Positions 1-5,886 of a stretch of DNA of 8,680 bases are shown here, piece by piece. The notes under the pieces were generated by a model. The model was not told the DNA's origin. It made no database searches and worked only from the letters and a program-made list of their open reading frames with translations. The DNA lies in contig SHMX01000017.1 in the NCBI GenBank assembly GCA_008080745.1, forward strand, positions 1 to 8,680. The letters are read 5' to 3'. Source of the stretch: Candidatus Thorarchaeota archaeon (lineage in GTDB: Archaea > Asgardarchaeota > Thorarchaeia > Thorarchaeales > Thorarchaeaceae). The stretch's first letter is position 1; the number at the start of each line of letters is the position of its first letter. The translations under genes and the position numbers were made by a program.

Positions 1-1449
1 TCGATCCTGAGCGAGGAGTTGACTCAACAGATCATCGCGGAGGGATTCGAGTTGCTGATGGACCCCGGTGTGCGTGTCCATAACGAGGAGGCGTTGGAGT
101 TGTTGGCCGATGCAGGGGCCGAGGTCGATTTCGAGGCCCAGATCGCCTACATTCCCCGGGAGATCGTCGAAGGTGCCCTGGAGACCGCGCCCTCGGAGTT
201 TCACCTCTACAACCTGGACGGCGAGCCGGTGGTCCACTACGGCGGCGACAGCGTCCAGTTCGATCCCGGCTCGGCGGCCATCACGATCCTCGATAGCGAG
301 ACCGAGGAGCAGCGAGCGCCGGTCACGGCCGACTTCGTCAAGTTCGTCAAGCTGGTGGAGACGTTGCCCCAGATCGATGCCCAGAGCACGGCCCTGATCT
401 GCGCCGACGTGCCTGAGGAGATCGGTGACCTCTACCGGCTCTACATCGCCCTCAACTACATGCGGAAGCCGATCGTCACCGGTGCCTTCCGCAAGGACAC
501 CTGGTGGACGATGAAGGACATGCTGGCCGCGGTGGCCGGTGGGGAAGAGGCGCTGGCTGAGAAGCCGATCGCCATCTTCGACGTCTGCCCCTCGCCGCCG
601 CTCCTGTGGAGCGATCTGACCTGCCAGAACATGATCGACTGCGCCCGTTACGGGATCCCCTCGGAGCTGGTCTCCATGCCCCTGGCCGGTGCCACGGCCC
701 CGGTCACCATCGCCGGCGCTGTGGTGCAGCACGCCGCCGAGTGCATGAGCGGGGTGACCATCTGCCAGCTGGCCCAGGAAGGCGCCCCCATCGTCTGGGG
801 CGGGTCGCCGGCGGCCTTCGACATGCGCGAGGGGACCACGCCTATGGGCGCTGTCGGTACCTGGATGATCGATAGCGCCTACACCGAGGTGGGCAAGGCG
901 CTCAACATGCCGACCCACGCCTACCTGGGGATGAGCGACGCCAAGGTCGTCGACGCCCAGTGCGGCCTCGAGTCCTCCGGCGGCGCCCTGATGGCGGCCC
1001 TGATCGGTGTCAACATGGTCTCCGGGGCCGGCATGATGGACTTCGAGAGCTGCCAGAGCTACGAGAAGCTGGTCATCGACGCCGAGATCATCGGTATGGC
1101 GAAGCGCCTCGTCGCCGGCGTGGAGCAGCGGGACGACCCCATCGCCCTGACGCTGATGCGCAAGCTGGGGCACCGCGCGGACTACCTGGCTCAGCTCCAC
1201 ACCGCCCAGTGGTTCCAGAAGGAGCAGTATATCCCTTCGGACGTGATCGATCGCGGGTCGCTGGATGCCTGGAAGAAGAAGGGCGCCAAGACGGCCTGGG
1301 AGCGAGCCCAGGACCGGGTGGAGAAGTTGGTGGCGACCTACGAACCGTCGCCCATCTCAGATGAGCTGCGCAGCGAGCTCCGCGCCATCACGCTCCAGGC
1401 CGCCCAGAAATTCGGCATGGACGAACTGCCCTCGTTGACAGAGAAGTAA
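1..1449 (+). CDS. mttB: MttB-superfamily (trimethylamine:corrinoid methyltransferase-like) protein, non-pyrrolysine type; 5'-partial
   Basis: Frame 1 is open from base 1 (SILSEELTQQIIAEG...), so the true start lies just upstream of the window and the track's TTG at 19 is probably internal. MttB-like segments include GVRVHNEEALELLADAGA, CPSPPLLW, SMPLAGATAPVTIAG, FDMREG, GMSDAKVVDAQCGLE and GAGMMDFESCQSYEKLVIDAEI. No in-frame TAG; stop TAA 1447-1449. The symbol is family-level only and the substrate is unknown. Confidence 0.93.
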   Translation, partial: SILSEELTQQIIAEGFELLMDPGVRVHNEEALELLADAGAEVDFEAQIAYIPREIVEGALETAPSEFHLYNLDGEPVVHYGGDSVQFDPGSAAITILDSETEEQRAPVTADFVKFVKLVETLPQIDAQSTALICADVPEEIGDLYRLYIALNYMRKPIVTGAFRKDTWWTMKDMLAAVAGGEEALAEKPIAIFDVCPSPPLLWSDLTCQNMIDCARYGIPSELVSMPLAGATAPVTIAGAVVQHAAECMSGVTICQLAQEGAPIVWGGSPAAFDMREGTTPMGAVGTWMIDSAYTEVGKALNMPTHAYLGMSDAKVVDAQCGLESSGGALMAALIGVNMVSGAGMMDFESCQSYEKLVIDAEIIGMAKRLVAGVEQRDDPIALTLMRKLGHRADYLAQLHTAQWFQKEQYIPSDVIDRGSLDAWKKKGAKTAWERAQDRVEKLVATYEPSPISDELRSELRAITLQAAQKFGMDELPSLTEK

Positions 1450-1459
1450 CCCGATTCCA

Positions 1460-1465
1460 GAGGAG
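1460..1465 (+). promoter_or_regulatory. Shine-Dalgarno site of the corrinoid protein gene
   Basis: GAGGAG ends 8 nt before ATG 1474. Confidence 0.75.
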
Positions 1466-1473
1466 AAAACGGA

Positions 1474-2118
1474 ATGTCAGACGACATCTTGACCCAGATC
1501 ACCAAGAGCTTAGTAGAGATCGAACCGGACCGGGCGGTTGAGTTGACCCGGAAGGCGCTGGAGGCCGACATGGCTCCCTTGACCATCATCAACGAGGGGC
1601 TGGTGCCGGGCATGGACATCATCGGGGAGAAGTTCCAGACCGGGGAGTACTTCCTGCCCCAGATGGTCATCGCCGCCACGGCCATGCAGCAGGCGATGGA
1701 GGTCCTGGAGCCCGAGCTCCGTGCTCGCCAGGAGGCGATGGAGGTAGCCGGCACGCTGGTTATCGGCACCGTGGAGGGCGACATCCACGAGATCGGGAAG
1801 TCGCTGGTGGCCACGATGATGTCGGCCAACGGGTTCCGCGTCCACGACGTGGGCGTGGATGTGACGGCCGAGACGTTCGTCGAGCAGGTCAAGGCGACGG
1901 GCGCCAATCTGCTGGGCCTGTCGGCGCTGCTGACGACGACCATGACGGCGCAGCGGGACGTGATCGAGGCGCTGGAGGAGGCCGGGCTGCGCGACCAGGT
2001 CAAGGTCATGGTCGGCGGGGCGCCGGTCACCGCCGAGTGGGCCGAGGCGATCGGCGCCGACGGCTACGCCGAGGACGTGATCGGCGCTGTCGAGCTCGGC
2101 AAGCAGCTGGTGGCGTAG
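1474..2118 (+). CDS. Corrinoid (B12-binding) methyl-acceptor protein, MttC/MtbC/MtgC-like
   Basis: N-terminal helical cap (IINEGLVPGMDIIGEKFQTGEYFLPQM), base-off/His-on motif DxHxxG (GTVEGDIHEIGKSLV), SxL motif (GLSALLTTTM) and GGAP motif. Lies 24 nt after the MttB-like gene. Stop TAG 2116-2118. Confidence 0.95.
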   Translation: MSDDILTQITKSLVEIEPDRAVELTRKALEADMAPLTIINEGLVPGMDIIGEKFQTGEYFLPQMVIAATAMQQAMEVLEPELRARQEAMEVAGTLVIGTVEGDIHEIGKSLVATMMSANGFRVHDVGVDVTAETFVEQVKATGANLLGLSALLTTTMTAQRDVIEALEEAGLRDQVKVMVGGAPVTAEWAEAIGADGYAEDVIGAVELGKQLVA

Positions 2119-2137
2119 AGCGGGAGTCTGGAGGCGA

Positions 2138-2938
2138 GTGGCGACGATGGGTTCGGACGTTTTGAACGGCGACGGCGGCATCCTGGAGAAGAAACCGCTG
2201 AAAAGCGAGGTCTTCGAGCTGTTGCACCGGCGCATCGTCGGTGGGCAGTACGCCCCAGGTGAGTGGCTGCGCCAGGAGGAGATCGCCAAGGAGCTCGGGG
2301 TGAGCCCCACCCCGGTTCGAGAGGCCCTCGACCAGCTGGTCGCTGACGGGCTGGCCGAGGGGATCCCTTACCGGGGTGTTCGCGTCCCCAAGCTGACCGC
2401 CGAGGAGATGGCCGATGCCTACGTCCTGCGCCTGCTTCTCGAGGCGATGATCGTCCGGGTGGCGGCGTACAACATGTCGCAGCAACAGGCGGAGGCCCTG
2501 CTCGCCATCCTGGGACGGATGGAGCGGCTGGTGGACTCGGATGACGTCTCGGCGTACCAGCACCTCAACCGCCAGCTGCACGTGGGGATCGTCGCCGCCA
2601 CCAGGAACCAACTCCTCAGGCGTCTCTACGGGCTGGTCATCAACCGCTTTCCCGACTGGATGCTGTACGGCGATCTGCTCGAGCAACCGGACCTCCGTCC
2701 CCCGAAGCTGGAGCAAGACTTCGAGAATCACAAGGCGCTGGTTGAAGCCGTCGCATCGGGCGACGCCGATCGAGCGGCGCGTGAGATGATGGCCCATATG
2801 CATAGCGTTCGTGACGAGCTAGTGGCCTGGAGGGACGTCCCCAGGGATCTTCTGGATGAGAAGGAGCGGGAGATTAGGGCTTTGTTGCCGGCAGAGGGCG
2901 GTGAGGGCGTCAGCAATGAACTCTCCTCTGAAAATTGA
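2138..2938 (+). CDS. GntR family transcriptional regulator (FadR subfamily, FCD effector domain)
   Basis: Winged HTH YAPGEWLRQEEIAKELGVSPTPVREAL...GLAEGIPYRGVRV, plus FCD-type motifs LRLLLE, LNRQLHVGIVAATRNQLL and HKALVEAVASGDADRAAREMMAHM. Start is ambiguous (GTG 2138 or ATG 2147; GGAGG at 2130-2134). Stop TGA 2936-2938. Confidence 0.92.
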   Translation: MATMGSDVLNGDGGILEKKPLKSEVFELLHRRIVGGQYAPGEWLRQEEIAKELGVSPTPVREALDQLVADGLAEGIPYRGVRVPKLTAEEMADAYVLRLLLEAMIVRVAAYNMSQQQAEALLAILGRMERLVDSDDVSAYQHLNRQLHVGIVAATRNQLLRRLYGLVINRFPDWMLYGDLLEQPDLRPPKLEQDFENHKALVEAVASGDADRAAREMMAHMHSVRDELVAWRDVPRDLLDEKEREIRALLPAEGGEGVSNELSSEN

Positions 2939-2962
2939 CACCCAACTGATCCATGCTATACT
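2935..2962 (+). promoter_or_regulatory. sigma70-type promoter upstream of the ABC transporter genes
   Basis: TTGACA (2935-2940), 16-nt spacer, then TG-c-TATACT (extended -10; hexamer 2957-2962), in a locally AT-richer stretch about 90 nt before the SBP start. Confidence 0.78.
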
Positions 2963-2991
2963 AGGGCAGAGTCCCCTTAGCCCCCCTATCG

Positions 2992-3024
2992 TGTATTCCA
3001 CAAGGGCGCATATGTTTTCACAAG
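2992..3024 (+). promoter_or_regulatory. Candidate tandem operator: TGTATTCCACAAG / TGTTTTCACAAG
   Basis: Two imperfect direct copies (2992-3004, 3013-3024), each with TGT...ACA dyad symmetry, starting 21 bp apart, downstream of the predicted promoter. Confidence 0.35.
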
Positions 3025-3049
3025 CACCTTTAGATGAGGGAGGAGAACC

Positions 3050-3886
3050 ATGAAGAAAGCTTCTGCAGCCTTGACGCTCATCGTTGGGTTGGCTTTGCTG
3101 CTCTCCGCATGTGGGACGCAACCCGCTGAGGAGGGACCGGAGCCCTGCCCTACCTGTCCGCCGACCGGCGTTTCAACCGATCTCGGTGGTCGAGAGATTA
3201 TCGTCCCCCTGGATATGGCCTACCCCCCCTTCAGCTACGCCGACCCCGAGACTGACGAGCCGACCGGTTTCGACCTCGACTTCTGGAACGCGGTCTGTGA
3301 AGAGCTCAACTGCGAGCCGAACTTCGTCACCGCATCCTGGGAGGGCTTCTTCGAGGCGATGGAGGCTGGCGAGTACGACGTCGGCGAGGGTGGCCTGACT
3401 CTGACGCTGGCTCGCGCCATGCGGGTCGACGTCTCTATGCCCTACGTCGAGTACGGCCAGGTGATCCTCAAGACGGCGGGTGACGATCGAGCAGCGTTCG
3501 CGGATGAGGAGACCTTCGTCGCTTCAGACCTGACCATCGGCACCCAGATCGGCACCACCAACGAGATCGCCGCCCTCAAGATGGTCGCCGACGAAGACCG
3601 GGTGGTGAGCTTCGAGACCTACGATATGCCCGTCGTCTCTCTGCTGGCTGGCGATGTCGACTCAGTCATCATCGATGAGGTCTCCGCGGTTGGGTTCATG
3701 CAGCAGCATCCCGGTGAGCTTGAGGTTGCCTTCACCGTCACCGGCGGCGAGTACCTGGTGATCTTCTTCCCAACCAAGAGCGATCTGTTGGTACCCGTCA
3801 ACTGGGCCATCAAGCAGATGTTCGAAGACGGCACGATGGACGAAATCTGCGAGAAGTGGCTCCTGCGACCCTGTACGCCTGAATAG
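3050..3886 (+). CDS. Polar amino-acid ABC transporter substrate-binding lipoprotein (SBP family 3, HisJ/GlnH-like)
   Basis: RBS AGGAG 3041-3045. Signal peptide MKK plus hydrophobic core plus lipobox LSA-C21. Family-3 motifs DMAYPPFSY, GFDLDFWNAVCEELNC, GLTLTLAR..VDVSMPY, GTQIGTT, GDVDSVIID and DGTMDEICEKW. Stop TAG. Confidence 0.93.
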   Translation: MKKASAALTLIVGLALLLSACGTQPAEEGPEPCPTCPPTGVSTDLGGREIIVPLDMAYPPFSYADPETDEPTGFDLDFWNAVCEELNCEPNFVTASWEGFFEAMEAGEYDVGEGGLTLTLARAMRVDVSMPYVEYGQVILKTAGDDRAAFADEETFVASDLTIGTQIGTTNEIAALKMVADEDRVVSFETYDMPVVSLLAGDVDSVIIDEVSAVGFMQQHPGELEVAFTVTGGEYLVIFFPTKSDLLVPVNWAIKQMFEDGTMDEICEKWLLRPCTPE

Positions 3887-3893
3887 TCTACCG

Positions 3894-3929
3894 GTCCCCT
3901 CTCCCTGCGAGACAGAGGAGCGAGGGGAC
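3894..3929 (+). repeat. Inverted repeat / stem-loop immediately after the SBP stop
   Basis: GTCCCCTC (3894-3901) is the reverse complement of GAGGGGAC (3922-3929); inner CTCC/GGAG and CTG/CAG pairings are also possible. No U-tract. Confidence 0.65.
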
Positions 3930-3968
3930 TCCAGAGAGGTTCTGTAGAGCGAATCTCAGGGGGAGAAG

Positions 3969-4005
3969 CGATGCGGGGCACCCCGCGCCCTGGTGCCCCG
4001 CATTG
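3969..4005 (+). repeat. Perfect 12-bp GC-rich hairpin in the SBP-permease spacer
   Basis: ATGCGGGGCACC (3971-3982) pairs perfectly with GGTGCCCCGCAT (3992-4003), 9-nt loop, extendable by G-U and C-G pairs. No U-tract. Confidence 0.8.
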
Positions 4006-4085
4006 GACTCGGCCTCATCGTCGGGAGAATATCCGAATCACCAACCAGCGTAGTAACGCCAGTTGTTCTAGCAAAGGAGTGTTCC

Positions 4086-4952
4086 GTGGCCGTCGAACGT
4101 GAAAGTACGGTTCAGACTCAACGCGGGGTGATACCCTGGACCAGCAAATTGGTGGATCTGCCCTGGTGGATTCTGCTTGCGTTGTTGCTCGGTGTGACGA
4201 TGATCTACCTCATCATCACACGCCCCCTCTACACCGCGGCCTTCGAGTTTGTGCTCGAAGGGGTGCGCCTCACCATCGTGATCAGCATCGTCTCCTTTGC
4301 CATGGCCCTGGTACTGGGTCTGATCGCCGGGCTGGGTCGGGTCTCGAGGAACGTCATCTTCAACACCCTCGCCTCCTTCTACGTGGAGATCGTGCGCGGA
4401 ATTCCGCTCCTGGTGTTGCTGATCTACTTCGCATTTGTCATCACCCCCATGATCCTGGAAGCGATCGTGTGGTTCGGAACCAGTGTCCTCATGCCCATCG
4501 GCCTGAGGGGGATCGGGGGCGTGTTGGCCAATGTCGAGATCCGGGATGTTGATATGACGGTGCGAGCGGTGGCCGGGCTGGCCTTCTGCTACGGCGCCTT
4601 CGAGGCCGAGGTCTTCCGCGCCGGCATCGAGTCGATCGCCCGGGGCCAGATGGAGGCTGCTCGCTCGCTGGGCATGACCTACGCCCAGGCGATGCGACAC
4701 GTCATCCTGCCCCAGGCTATCCGCCGCGTCCTCCCGCCCTTCGGCAACGACTTCATCGCCATGATCAAGGACTCAGCGCTGGTCTCCGCCCTGGCGGTGG
4801 CGGATTTGACCCACCTGGGTAAGCTCCACCGGGCGCGTACCTTCCGCACGTTCGAGACCTGGAACACAGTCACGTTTCTCTACCTGGTGATGACCCTCAC
4901 CCTTTCTGCCGGTGTGAAGTTATTGGAGAGGAGGATGTCCTTTGAAGAGTAG
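4086..4952 (+). CDS. Polar amino-acid ABC transporter permease (HisM/GlnP-like)
   Basis: Multiple hydrophobic segments, [14 protein letters not shown] motif and EAA loop [38 protein letters not shown]. Start reassigned from 3993 to GTG 4086 because AAGGAG lies at 4074-4079 and the 3993 start falls inside a hairpin. Stop TAG. Confidence 0.93.
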   Translation: MAVERESTVQTQRGVIPWTSKLVDLPWWILLALLLGVTMIYLIITRPLYTAAFEFVLEGVRLTIVISIVSFAMALVLGLIAGLGRVSRNVIFNTLASFYVEIVRGIPLLVLLIYFAFVITPMILEAIVWFGTSVLMPIGLRGIGGVLANVEIRDVDMTVRAVAGLAFCYGAFEAEVFRAGIESIARGQMEAARSLGMTYAQAMRHVILPQAIRRVLPPFGNDFIAMIKDSALVSALAVADLTHLGKLHRARTFRTFETWNTVTFLYLVMTLTLSAGVKLLERRMSFEE

Positions 4953-4977
4953 AAAGAAAGAACCCGAGCTGATCCCT

Positions 4978-5715
4978 ATGGGGGACAACATCATTCTCAT
5001 CGAACATCTCTGCAAGAGCTTCGGGGACACCAAGGCAGTTGTGGACGTCAACCTCGAGGTTGAGCGGGGAGAGGTCTGCTTCATCTTCGGACCCAGTGGC
5101 GGTGGCAAGAGCACCCTCCTGCGGTGCATCAACCACCTGGAGACGCCCGATAAGGGCCGGGTCGTCGTCGATGGGATCCCCGTCAACGACAAGAAGACCA
5201 ACATCAACAAGGTCCGGGCCGAGGTCGGTATGGTCTTCCAGCTCTTCAACCTCTTCCCTCACCTCGACGTGCTGGGCAACATCACCCTGGCCCAGCGGAA
5301 GGTCCTGGGCCGGTCAGAGGCGGAGGCCCGCCAGATCGCCGTCGAGCTCCTGGAGCGGGTGGGCATCCCGGAGAAGGCGAATGCCTTCCCCGGCCAGCTG
5401 TCGGGTGGCCAGAAACAGCGCGTGGCCATCGCCCGGGCCCTAGCGATGAACCCCATGATCATGCTCTTCGACGAGCCGACGTCGGCCCTCGACCCGGAGA
5501 TGATCAAGGAGGTGCTCGACGTGATGCTCGACCTGGCCCAGGAGGGGATGACCATGGTCGTCGTCTCCCACGAGATGGGCTTCGCTCGGGCAGCGGCCGA
5601 CCGTATGGTCTTCCTGGACGAGGGATGCGTCGTCGAGGAGGGACCCACGGAGGAGATTTTCTGCGATCCGAAAGAGGAGCGGACGAAGCAGTTCATGAGC
5701 CAGATTCTCCACTAG
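4978..5715 (+). CDS. Polar amino-acid ABC transporter ATP-binding protein (GlnQ/HisP-like)
   Basis: Walker [10 protein letters not shown]-loop MVFQ, signature LSGGQKQR, Walker [12 protein letters not shown] and H-loop SHEMGFA. Likely start is ATG 4978 (track gives TTG 4942, overlapping the permease). Stop TAG. Confidence 0.95.
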   Translation: MGDNIILIEHLCKSFGDTKAVVDVNLEVERGEVCFIFGPSGGGKSTLLRCINHLETPDKGRVVVDGIPVNDKKTNINKVRAEVGMVFQLFNLFPHLDVLGNITLAQRKVLGRSEAEARQIAVELLERVGIPEKANAFPGQLSGGQKQRVAIARALAMNPMIMLFDEPTSALDPEMIKEVLDVMLDLAQEGMTMVVVSHEMGFARAAADRMVFLDEGCVVEEGPTEEIFCDPKEERTKQFMSQILH

Positions 5716-5748
5716 GCAGTCTCTGGCAGCGAACCGTGAACGATATTC

Positions 5749-5777
5749 CAGGCGCCGAGCACTCCGCTCGGCGCCTG
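5749..5777 (+). terminator. Perfect 12-bp hairpin after the ABC ATPase (terminator-like or RNA stabiliser)
   Basis: CAGGCGCCGAGC (5749-5760) pairs with GCTCGGCGCCTG (5766-5777), loop ACTCC. Only a weak U-tail follows (TTGGCTGTCT). Confidence 0.55.
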
Positions 5778-5833
5778 TTGGCTGTCTGGATCGCAGGTGC
5801 TGCGACGATGGTGTCGCCGTTCCATTGAGAAGA

Positions 5834-5861
5834 GTGGGGGCACGGCGCGCCGTGCCCTTAC
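5834..5861 (+). repeat. GTAG/GTGG-type REP-like palindromic element
   Basis: GTGG, then a perfect 20-nt palindrome GGGCACGGCGCGCCGTGCCC (5838-5857), then TTAC. This matches the GT(A/G)G-palindrome-CTAC architecture of REP elements, with one mismatch in the 3' tetranucleotide. Confidence 0.6.
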
Positions 5862-5886
5862 GATCCCAACGATGCAGGAGGACGAC

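Noticed and set aside
2116-2118. Pyrrolysine read-through of TAG stops creating fusions (corrinoid-GntR, SBP-permease, permease-ATPase, ATPase-racemase)
   Set aside because: In the first three cases the next gene is in a different frame. After the ATPase TAG an in-frame TGA follows 8 codons later. Each protein is already full length at its TAG.
2994-3002. TATTCCACA as a DnaA box
   Set aside because: It mismatches TT(A/T)TNCACA and there is no cluster of boxes or origin context.
2856-3053. 65-aa + strand ORF across the GntR-SBP spacer as a possible leader peptide
   Set aside because: It begins upstream of the predicted promoter, overlaps the GntR 3' end, lacks a clear RBS and has no run of regulatory codons.
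3930-3965. CCAGAGAGG...GAATCTCAGG resembling part of a glycine riboswitch aptamer
   Set aside because: The central CCGAAG element and P2/P3 stems are not recognisable, and the position inside an operon after the SBP is atypical. An Rfam scan would settle it.
3993-4085. Track's longer permease N-terminus (MPRIGLG...)
   Set aside because: The start lies inside the 12-bp hairpin with no RBS; GTG 4086 has a good AAGGAG.
5797-5886. Track's longer racemase N-terminus
   Set aside because: It overlaps hairpins and the REP-like element; GTG 5887 has AGGAGG and puts the PLP Lys at residue 33, as expected for this family.
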